Under the pieces are notes generated by a model that made no database searches, was not told where the DNA came from, and worked only from the letters and a program-made list of their open reading frames with translations. Positions 53,257 through 64,000 of a DNA stretch of 64,000 bases are shown piece by piece. The stretch comes from Schmidtea polychroa. Lineage: Eukaryota. How positions within the stretch are numbered: position 1 is the stretch's first letter; every line of letters begins with the position of its first letter. Made by a program: the position numbers and the translations under genes. The DNA is taken from NCBI GenBank assembly GCA_044892525.1, contig CM097885.1:78802001-78866000 (forward strand), written 5' to 3'.

Positions 53257-53781
53257 CAGCGCCGTCTCTTCTATTGTGCTAACTGTGCTAAGCACAGGGG
53301 GCGCCGTAAATTTTATAAAAGCCATAAATTTGATAAAATAGAAAAAAAAATTGAAAAATTATAAACAAAATTATAAACTGTGAAGAAATAGTTGATAGTT
53401 TTGCAAGACATAAATCTAGAAAGAAAAAAATATTGTAATCGTTTTTCTTCATTATACATATTTATTCTATTTAATGTTATATTTTGATATTTATGTTTGA
53501 AAGAAATTTATTTTTTTCTTAATTTTTTTGTTTAAAGAAAACATTAGACTGTTGAATTTTTGTAAGCTAATGTTAATTTAATATTATTTTTTTATTGTTT
53601 TTTTTGTTCTTTTGTTATCCTAGTCATTGAAATAAAATGATGTAATATATAATATTAATATATTTATATGCAATAATGTGTAATATTAATAATAAACATA
53701 ATATATTTTTGTAAAAATTGTTTTTTAGGGGCGCATTATAGTTTATAGCACAGGGGCGACAAATTTCTAAAGACACTGTTG
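53257..53781. mobile_element. Old hAT-type MITE
   Basis: Imperfect TIRs CAGCGCCGTCT / AAGACACTGTTG, subterminal gcacaggggcg at both ends, near-TSD tttatatc / tttgtatc. Confidence 0.6.
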
Positions 53782-54005
53782 TTTGTATCTATGCAAAATA
53801 CCAAAATACCTTTATATTTATTACATTTACATGTTATTTATTAACGAATAATTATTAAATTTAAACTTATGTATATAAAATATACTTCATACACTAAATA
53901 ATTAGATATTTATAAATTTATTCTATTAATTCTGCCAAAAAATATAAATACGTTAATTGAAAAGAAATCAATGGTGAGAATTGTAAAAAGTTCTTATTAT
54001 ATATA

Positions 54006-54970
54006 TCAGGAATGCCCACTAATTTTTCTAGGAGAGCTACATTCACATCCAAAATGTGTATGCGATCTACTTTTTTAATACTTACATAATATTTACCTAC
54101 AATGCAATAAATTCATCACAATAAAACAAATATATGTCAAAATATGGAAAATTAAAGTATATAACTATTTATTATAAAAAAATGTAACTTAGGAAATCAA
54201 ATTTAATGAAAATTATTTTTATATAGAACTTTTCGATGTTGATGCTCTACATTGGGTTGAATCCATTAGATTTTTGTAGTTTGGGATATAAGTGCTAAGA
54301 CAACTACTTAGGCTGGATTCCAAATGGTCATCTGTTAATGTTGCTCGGTACTTTGACTTTATAATTTTCATATGTGAAAATGCAGACTCACATAAATAAG
54401 TTGAACCAAAAAATGATACTCTTTTTGGTAATGAAATAGTAGCTTTACAAATTAAGCAACAACATTTACCTTTAATCATTACAAAAAAGTACTCCTTCTC
54501 CATTTCTTCGCTATAATGATAAGTCTTGGCTTTTTTATTTAGCATTTTTAAACAAAATTAATTTAACAAAAAAGCTTAAGAAAATTTTTCACTTTGTTAC
54601 ACCAACCAAAATTAAATTAAACTAAATAAACAAAATTAAATTAAACTAAATAACATTTTGGAAATGGTGAAATCAAAATTAAAAAATGTTATTTAGTATT
54701 ACCATAGAAATGGAACACAGAACATGAAAATTGGCAAAAAATTTAAGCATAAAACAGAAATTTTATATAAAATCTAAATATATATAAAAAATATTTTTTT
54801 TATGAAGAACTACTAAAAAATCCTTCGCGATCGNNNNNNNNNNNNNNNNNNNNNNNNNNNNNNNNNNNNNNNNNNNNNNNNNNNNNNNNNNNNNNNNNNN
54901 NNNNNNNNNNNNNNNNNNNNNNNNNNNNNNNNNNNNNNNNNNNNNNNNNNNNNNNNNNNNNNNNNNNACT
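54006..54970 (-). mobile_element. Internally deleted hAT (Charlie/Buster, GTF2IRD2-like) element; one end lies in or near the gap 54834-54967
   Basis: ORF 54219-54545 joins the N-terminal YFFVMIKGKCCCLICK directly to the C-terminal FGSTYLCESAFSHMKIIKSKYR dimerisation motif. CAGG start and gcgatc subterminal motifs present. Confidence 0.75.
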
Positions 54971-57012
54971 GCCTAGCTATTCAGATGCTGGTGAAGTGAG
55001 TCCATATTAGTACTGTTTGCAAATTAACATGCCAGGGGCGTAGTCGTAAACTACATTTTTGAATAAAAACAACATTTTTGTGTTACACTGAATGATTTTG
55101 CTACACGTCATTGGCTTTATTGACAATTCGGCGCAAGTGTTGATTAATTTGATTGGTTGTAAGAATTGCTGTTGCGAATTTCCGTTTCATTTACCAATGA
55201 TACCATTTTTTGAATTATATAGATAGTTTGGTTACATTTACTATCATTTTTATTCTGACTATCTATCTAAACTGAATTCTTGGTGATTATCACATTTTTA
55301 TCAATTATCAAAATGCAATTGCACTGTTGAGCTTTCGATTTTGACAGTAAAATATTCCATATTTTTTCGAATAAAATATGATACTAAAGATCCGATCTTG
55401 AAAGTCACCGTTGTAATGTAGTGGCCTGATAGAACGTTCAGGACCAGTTGAATATAGTTATGTCAAGGAATACTTTATTTCTTTTGCTTATGACTCGTCA
55501 CTTCACATTTCTGTAAAGCCAATTATCATCTAATGTAATTACACTTAAACGAAAATTTTTCTTTTGAATAATTATTATATAAATTACATGAAATTATATA
55601 TTGGTTTACGCAATATAATAGATTTTCATTGCGTGAATTTTCAAATATTATACAGTAATGGCTCACAGTGAATGGCTCGTTAGGACAATTAGTTTGACCA
55701 TGTAAGGTTACATTTACTGACCTAAATACCATTGTCGACCACATATTGATGTGCTCCTTACACTGTGCTCCCTCGTGTATCATAATTATCAAGGTGATAT
55801 ATCCACTTATTCTATTTATCTGGTCACTTGACTCTAGTGACTGCCAACTTCACAGCCATGTGAAAGGGATAAGGAATGGAATTGTTTTGAATATCTATTT
55901 CATTTATTGCAGATAAGAAACCTTAATAGACTTAGCTAGACGTTATTAATTGAAGATGCACTATTGTTGAAATCTGTCGATTGAAATCAATTCATATAAA
56001 GCTTGATGATAATTATATGTTCACAAATGTGCTCTGAGTGCTCAATTTACTAGCGGCAGGGTTTCACTGGTTGCGATCATATGACAATTGATCATTGATC
56101 AATCTCATTATCTGAATCTGAATATTTGGTATTTATCTATTCAACTGAATGGCTTGTATGAATGATTATTGTCACAATTGACTGCTTCATTTGTTCTTTA
56201 TGATACAATACCAATTCAAGGATTGTTTTGGATACCTTCACCATATGGTGATTTAATGAAATTGTTATTCTAATGATTGTATTATTCGTAAAAAGTGAAC
56301 AGAGAAAATTTATTTATGCTGCTCTGGAAAAAATCAATTGAGATTCACCTTTGACTACCAAATGTTCCCAAGATAAATGTCAGTTTTCATAGTATATGTA
56401 CTTTTATAATCGTTTGAAAGTGATAAAGAAATTTTAATCACTTAATAAGGATAAAATCTACGACTTTAATCACCATTTGACGATTAGTACGATCCCATGA
56501 TTATCTTAAGCTTTTGGATCTTGATATCTAATAATCTCATATGATACAAGTTGTATCCTGTCACATTAGGCCAGGTTATCCATTACTTACTCAAGGAGAA
56601 AACTCACTATAATCCTTGATGATGCTGTATCACGTAACACACTAAGATGCCACCAGATGTTCTGATGGGCTACTTTAGGTCATTATATAAAGATAAATTT
56701 ACAATAAAAGATGATTTTTCAGTTCATTTGATTTCTTTAATATAAATTGACTCATTAAAAAGTTAATATGACACTCTGTAAATTTGGATGTTTTGAGGTT
56801 GGTAAATTCCAATCCGATTCTCATCAATAAAACAAAAAGTAAGGTATAAATGAATGAAAAATTTTATAAATACTTGTATGATCATTAATTTTATCAATAT
56901 GCCCGTTTCAAATATGAATATTTCTTTTCAGAATGTTTTAATTGAAGGAATGAAGGTTAAAGCTAGTAAAATATTTGAGTTGTTGAAACTTAAGTGTGAA
57001 GAGGCTTCTATC

Positions 57013-57219
57013 NNNNNNNNNNNNNNNNNNNNNNNNNNNNNNNNNNNNNNNNNNNNNNNNNNNNNNNNNNNNNNNNNNNNNNNNNNNNNNNNNNNNNNNN
57101 NNNNNNNNNNNNNNNNNNNNNNNNNNNNNNNNNNNNNNNNNNNNNNNNNNNNNNNNNNNNNNNNNNNNNNNNNNNNNNNNNNNNNNNNNNNNNNNNNNNN
57201 NNNNNNNNNNNNNNNNNNN
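57013..57219. other. Assembly gap
   Basis: Run of N. Confidence 1.
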
Positions 57220-57879
57220 TTAATGATTGAAAACGCAAAATTTTATTTGATCTGTGACGAAGTCAAGGATAAATTTAAAAATATTTGGGTAGGATTTAAA
57301 GACGAGAGATTTAACCAGATTCAAGTATCGAACCCATATCTTAGTAAGATCTCATCATGGATGCGACAGCAGTTAAAGTTGGCACTCACAGAGTTCCTTC
57401 AGGTAAATACAATGGATTTATTTGGGATAATTCTGTCATACCCAATCAGACTCATCAACATACTCAATTGAAAATGGTCATTGATAAATGTGCAGCTGAT
57501 TCCCTGAAACAACACGAATATCTAATGAAGCGTTATTTGAACTTCCTGAAAGAAGTTGAAATATTTTATTTGAAATTTAGTTTAACCTTTTGAAATCTCA
57601 GAGAAAGCAGCTGATTTATAAAGAATTATTAACCAATAGCTCATTTCCAGATAAGATTTATAAATTCCGATCCAAAATGGTACTACCATCCTGTTGGAAA
57701 ATAAGACAATCAATGACGGAGACAGGCAAAGTAATATAACCAAGTTTTCCATTTTAATTAAATTTAACATTTATTTACTTAAATTGATTTCCCTAATAAT
57801 TATGTCACAGAATGGCCTTTATATTTCTTTTCTTAAATGCTAAACTTTGTTCCTTTTGTTTATGATAAGTTTTAGAATA

Positions 57880-59090
57880 TTTTTTTACTTTATTGTGTAA
57901 CCACTACAGAAAGTTCTTCTTTATTATTGTTGTCCAACGGAGGAGTGCATAAAGAGATCTTAGAAACAAGTATAGGAGCCCAAAAATCATCATCATCAAA
58001 TTCATGCCTGTTACATGGCGAAATACCGGTAAATTTAAAATCATTCAAAGCCATATATCCATACGAAAGATCTTTCCAAAGGTTGGAACGGTGGGTTGTA
58101 TGAGTAGGAAAGGCTAACATTATAATGTCATACTCGCATGCTAGGTGTGTGGCTTCAATATTTTTGGTATGGGTAGAGTGTCCATCCTAAAGAAAAAGTA
58201 CTTGCTTATTGTTACTCTTCTCCAACTTTGAGTACTTAATGAAATGTTCTAACCATTTAGCAAAAAAGCTCTGACGATATCCATAAACCTTTGGAGAATT
58301 CAATGACAGTACCCAGTGGTAATTTAACTTTAAGCAATCGTTCATCCGTATGCGTTTAGATATTAACATAGGAGGTATGAATTCACCTGCAGCACTCAAA
58401 CCTATTTCACCAATTATTTTGGATGGTCTGTGAACAGTGGAGAATCCTGTTTCCTAAAAGTTATATATCTGGTTAGCGGCGGACTTGTATTCAACTAATA
58501 CGGATTTAAATTTACCAAATAATCCATAAATACACTCTTTATTGAAGCACCTGGCCCTGACCACTGTTGTTTCCTCTGGAGTACGTAAAGATAAAGAAGA
58601 ATTATCTTCTATGAATTTACAGTAACACTTCTTCACTGCAATTTCTTTTTTCTCTATTGAAAAGGTGTTGTAATTAATATTTTTATGCCAATTGATAAGC
58701 AAGTCTTCTTAGATCAGTTGCGGTAAGCCCAAAAAGCTTGATTCTAAATTGAGAACGTGTGCAACCAACTCCTTCTTCATATTCTAGGCATTTCAAATTT
58801 GACATACTTATTTATTCATTTAAAATGACGCCGTAGCATTGGTTTGGAGATGTTGCATTGCTTTTGAGCTTCATTGAATCAAATAACTTCTTCCGATAAT
58901 TTGGTCGCCTTGTCCATATCTTGTTTCCATTTATTATAAATTTGCTTTGACTGCGTTGACACGATTATGGACTAAAAAAAAGAATGAAAGCAATGTCAGT
59001 TGAAAATAGGTAAAAACTAGAAGTAATTTCTTAAGTCGTACCAGTACGACTTAGGAATCTCATACGGGCACGACTTAGGACACGGAACAA
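57880..59090 (-). mobile_element. Decayed pogo-family (DDE_1) transposon
   Basis: LSLRTPEETTVVRARCFNKE and SAAGEFIPPMLISKR motifs; repeated cgacttagga sites near 59030-59080. Confidence 0.75.
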
Positions 59091-59422
59091 ATAAAATTTA
59101 AAAGTAAAGATAACCTAACATTGAAAAACCTTAATACTATTTCGTTTCGACCAAACGATTATGTAGATTCTACTGAATTTATATTTAATAAGGAACATAA
59201 TTTTATCAATAATTTATTTGCAAGATTAACTACCAAACATATGCAAAATATTATAAGACAATTGAAATAAACTTGCTTGATGACATGATTTATAACGAGA
59301 ATGGTTTATGGCAAACAATTTGGTTTACTCGGATGTATATCTGGGTGCTGTTGTTTGTGATGTTATCGCCGTAGTTCGTTAAAAAATTCAAGTGATACAA
59401 CTTAAGCACTGGTATGATTTAA

Positions 59423-60134
59423 CCCTTTGGGCGTGTAAAGCGACTATAGCCCATGGCTTGTAAAAAACGTTACCTTTGAACGGTGTGGCAGACTTTTGTC
59501 GCCTCGCATTTACGACATCATCTGTGATATACAGACCTCCACTCTGTATTATCCCCTGCTTTGAAATTTACCATACGAAAAAAACATAAAAAACATTGCC
59601 ACTGTGAAACGTGATGTTAATTTTAAGTAATTTATCTGTAAAATTTGCTTTGTAATAAAATACATGTTTGTTACATATTTTATCATATTGTAGTTTATAG
59701 TATATTGTAGTAAAAATAAGTATAAAAATTTTTATAGTATATTTTAGTAAATTAATATCATTTTGTTATTAAGAAATATAATTATAGTAAATAAAATGTT
59801 TTTTTAAAACTTTTTTTTGCCTCCTCATTCTTCTTCATCTCTTTTTGACAGCCCTGGCATGTCATAAACATAGCTAGGGGTGGGTATTATGACTTTCCCT
59901 CCATTCTAAAATCATAAATAATGACTAATAATTGTATAATCACTATCGATTTTTTACGAAAAAATAATTTTTTGATATTTAAATTTCATTTTTTGACGCC
60001 CTCCCCCAAAAATATAACCCGACGACTATTTTTTGGTGTATTAAATCACGATATTCTCAAAAAAAGTAAAAAGAATTTTATAGAATATTTTATTTTTAGA
60101 TCAACTTTTTTTTTCGTTAACCGCGTTGAAAGGG
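59423..60134. mobile_element. Non-autonomous piggyBac-type element (712 bp)
   Basis: TTAA|CCCTTT ... AAAGGG|TTAA. Confidence 0.75.
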
Positions 60135-61163
60135 TTAAGCAACCATACCATACTAAAAAACTAGCAATGTCCCGGGTGCCACTAGTGAAGGAGCGCCAAG
60201 ACAAAAAAGATTTTCTGGAAAATTTCAAATATCAATTTGATCGATTTCTGGGAAATATATTTTAAATTAATAATTATTGTAATATAATTAATTATCATTT
60301 GTCTGAAAAAATATGTTATAAATAAAGTCTGCAGTAAATCAATCAAATATATACAAGACGTTCTTTCTTTGTAAACACTTTATTTTTCTAAAATAGCGAT
60401 ATATTTTTATTTTTTAAAATGAAAAGTACAGAAAATGCAACAGAAACAGTCATTGTAATTACGGATGTTCTGGAGCTAAAAGATGTTGGTTATTTAAAAT
60501 TCAGTAATAATAATAATAATAATATTTAAATGATTATTTGTGGACTACGCATATTTAAGAACGAATTCAGTCTAAATGCAGTTAAATTTAAAGCCTAACC
60601 TGAGCTTGTGTCCTGACGTACTAATATTTTATTAAAGATAGTGACCATTAATTTAAGATGCTGACCTAATAAGTACTGAGCAACGGCATTAGAATATCTT
60701 TATTTAACTGAAATAATTACAAGAGATATTGGATGTCCAACGAACCTCAGATGATTAATTATTAGGTTTCAAAGTTGATATTGAATAGCTTCTTTATTAT
60801 ACAGAATTTTCTTTTCGCAATTTATAGACATGTAACTTACCCCTATACAAAGCGACACCTGGCTTGAGTTATACCTATGGAATTGGAGTGTTCTAGCTTG
60901 CAACTTATTACGACATCATTGTTTCATGGTACTGCTGCTTGATCCCTGTTCATTATCATCGTTAAAAAACAAATATTTGAACTCAAAATAATTAAACAGC
61001 TCAAAGTTACAATCCAATAATGAAATAAAAATCAAAATTTAAGGTAAAATCTTTCAGGGAAATAAAATTAACATTTTATTTTCACTTTTTAATTTAATTA
61101 GTTAAATTAAAATTTTAATTTTATGAGCAAAAATCGATTTTGTGCAAAAAACTAATTTGTCAC

Positions 61164-61538
61164 CAGGGACGGCTCTACCATATATGCGAATTAGGCGGCC
61201 GCCTAGGGCGCACACATATTTTTCTAAATTATTTCTCGAATATATAAAAAGAAATTATTTATTATGATATCTTTAATTTTTCTCTTTCACAATTGTCACT
61301 CCTATATTATTTTGTACTATTATTTATGTATTTTGAAACTGCATATATTATTATATTTTGAAATGGACAAATTTTTTATTTCACTCAATAAAAAATTTAT
61401 TATGAAATACCTACTCGTTGAATTAAGAAATTTAAATTATTAAAACATAATGTTTCAGTTGGCATTCTTTAAGGTTGGCGCTTCATAAAAATTCGCCTAG
61501 GGCGCAAGGCTTGGACAAAATTTCTTGAGCCGCCACTG
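61164..61538. mobile_element. hAT MITE (375 bp)
   Basis: TIRs CAGGGACGGCTC / GAGCCGCCACTG, perfect 8-bp TSD TTTGTCAC, cgcctagggcgca at both ends. Confidence 0.9.
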
Positions 61539-61761
61539 TTTGTCACCCATGTGAAATTGTTCCCTTTACTGTAATATTAATAAATTTATTGAATTACTAT
61601 TCCTACTTTCTTATATAACATTTTATGTTACCCGTCGCCCAAGCTCGGAATTGATCCATGGAGAAGCTATCTCATCTAAGCCTATAATTAAATTGTATTT
61701 AATTGGTATTTATAAATATTTTCTACATTTTTTTGATTTATTATATTGATTTAATTTTCAG

Positions 61762-61884
61762 ACATGTTTTGAAGTTGACAAGTATAAGACTGTCCATTGG
61801 AGCACTGGATATCCGTTATGGAGGTGGATCAATTACTTCCTCTTCACCTACACATTGATGCTAACTATTGGCCAATTTCTTTTA
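61762..61884 (+). CDS. Possible exon of a membrane protein
   Basis: ttttcag acceptor, TCFEVDKYKTVHWSTGYPLWRWINYFLFTYTLMLTIGQFLL, GTGAGT donor. Neighbouring exons not established. Confidence 0.35.
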
Positions 61885-62338
61885 GTGAGTTAATGCCGTT
61901 TCCACTCATCAATTAGCCATCACATCCATTTAGATCAAGATACCATGGAAAACCCGAGTCAGTTATCTCTCCCTATTCCGGAAAAAGCCTTTTGTAACTC
62001 GATTCAGTTTCGACTCGGCAACGGTATTAATATTAGTTTTTAATGACGTTCTATTTGATGAAGAGTATTCCTAATGTCTCCGTAATTATTTCGTTAGGAT
62101 TTAGTTGAATTTTATTGATAGTTGACTCTGTTGATAATGAGTCTAAGCATTTGATTATGATTCGTACTAGTTACAGTACTTTTCTCTTATATATAATTGA
62201 AAATAGTACAAGTAGTGCTGGTACCCAATGTATTGCCGTTATTATTTATGCCATCCACATATAGGTTCATAACTCACATTCTAATCTGTACATAGTATTC
62301 CATGCTTGTTCATCAGTAATATCCGGCCTTAACTATTT

Positions 62339-62395
62339 AAAAGTATACAATAAAAGTATACAATAAAAGAATACAATAAAAGTATACAATAAAAA
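62339..62395. repeat. Short tandem repeat (aaagtatacaata, about 4 copies)
   Basis: Directly visible. Confidence 0.85.
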
Positions 62396-62745
62396 AATAA
62401 AAATTCATTCTGCACATCATTAATCATCTTATTAGAAGGCACTAACTTGCTAAAACCATTTAAAATTAACCTGGAAACAAATTTTTTCAGAGTTTTGGAC
62501 TCTGAAATGAAGATTTGGTTTTATTTAATTTTAATCCTAGAAATTTTAAAAGTCTTAGAGAAAGGAAAATAAGTTTGGGTTCAAAAGAGAAATCTATTAT
62601 CAAAATTAGTACTTGATTTGTACAAGGAATTTGCTCTTTTGTAAGAATCGAAATTATGATAAATAATCCAAAATAACTGATGAAATGTTTATTACCAAAA
62701 CCAATCTCGCCATAAACAAAAATCTACCATAGCACTCCATATAAA

Positions 62746-63142
62746 CAGTGGCGTAGCTACCATATAGCAAGAGTAAGCAATGCATATGGGCCCACAAGAC
62801 AGGGGGGCCTTTTATGCAAGTTTCCTTAATTTTCTTCAGAAAACAATGTCAAACAACGGCACGGTCGGCACCGGTCAACAGGGACCTCCAAATGATCGAT
62901 TTGTGGTTTTATGTAATAAAGCTCCACTGTTTTGTTTACTTATTGCATTAAGTACATTATTTACCTGCATTTTACCTATTTATGCAATCCCCTCTGCCTC
63001 TTCCTCGCTAATAATATACTGTATAAGCAAGCAACTTTAGTTATCTAAGTAAATCGCCCATTCATACTTGTGTATGCAGTATAGGGGGGGGGCATCTATG
63101 ACTCATTGCATATGAGCCCAAAAATTTCTAGCTACGCCACTG
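62746..63142. mobile_element. hAT MITE (397 bp)
   Basis: Perfect 14-bp TIR CAGTGGCGTAGCTA and perfect 8-bp TSD CATATAAA. Confidence 0.93.
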
Positions 63143-64000
63143 CATATAAATCCAGAAATAAACAACAGTGCACATATGAAGATATTTTATCAATCAAATA
63201 AAGTTGGAATCATTTTTCAAAATTATTATTTACTATCTTCACAATAATAATAAATATAATCAATTTAAATATAATCAATGCATAGGGGCCCACAAGACAG
63301 GGGGGCCTTTTATGCAAGTTTCCTTAATTTTCTTCAGAAAACAATGTCAATGTCATCACTTAACAATTCCATTAAATATTAACAAATGAATAATTCATAA
63401 AGTTCATAAAGTCAAGATTTGGGGTGCAAATTATTAGGTATAGAATAATTATAATATATAAAACACCTTTTTGGCTATTAGTTCGCCAGTGCCTTTGCTT
63501 AGGTTTATCTACGACATCTAAATCGAATTTTGTTTTATTTTAAAGCATTATGATCTCCGGCTTTCTTTTTTTGTTTGTTGAAGGATTTACTGCCGAGTTC
63601 TAATGCATAGTGGAAAATAAAATAACATTACCTTTTATGGAATATAGGAAACATTTTTACCATAAACAATTTTGGAATTAATTATTTTTTTTATATTTTA
63701 ATCAATAAAACTTACCATTTTTAATAAATGATAATTGATAATTGAGTACCCGCGTTATGTCTAAGAGAGTCTAATCAGAATAAATTGCATATGAATGATG
63801 CGGTATGTTGTATCGCATCCTCGTGCAATATAAAGGAGGTGTACGTAGACGGGTATTTATTAGTTTTGAAGTATTATGATTAGTATATAAATCTAACATG
63901 GTATCACAAACAGTCACATATTTGTCAGTTTCATTGCCAACAATTTTCTTGCACAAAATAGAAGGATCTTTATTTTATTATTTACGAGTATTATTTGATG

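Noticed and set aside
56854-57780. Fragmentary ORFs around the gap, possibly a transposase
   Set aside because: No diagnostic motif identified, and the sequence is interrupted by N.
62280-62334. Minus-strand exon LRPDITDEQAWNTMYRLE with a GTGAGT donor
   Set aside because: No phase-compatible neighbouring exons found, and it conflicts with plus-strand candidates.

Overview
AT-rich eukaryotic draft-assembly DNA with four N gaps, probably from an invertebrate with motile cilia. Most introns are 44-53 nt. Host genes reconstructed by hand: SDHD (3 exons), IQCG/DRC9 (6 exons), two C2H2-type zinc-finger genes and two unidentified multi-exon genes. Two features stand out. (1) A ~10.46 kb near-perfect palindrome (34962-45423, arms ~5.1 kb, spacer ~220 bp) in which each arm carries two very divergent U1 snRNA genes in tandem. 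One has the canonical 5' end AUACUUACCUG; the other reads AAACUUACUUG (C9U in the 5' splice-site pairing region) yet keeps the full U1 fold through compensatory changes. (2) A 5'-truncated, decayed Ty3/gypsy LTR retrotransposon (about 1914-10880, minus strand). Between integrase and its 3' LTR it carries a pol-fused type I membrane protein with fibronectin-III-like motifs, a second signal-peptide ORF, and a 506-aa ORF starting with a degenerate REX4/ISG20-like DEDDh exonuclease fold. The rest is DNA-transposon debris (piggyBac, pogo/Tigger, mariner, Merlin with 8-bp TSD, hAT MITEs) and simple repeats. All family calls come from motif recognition by eye; no database search was run.
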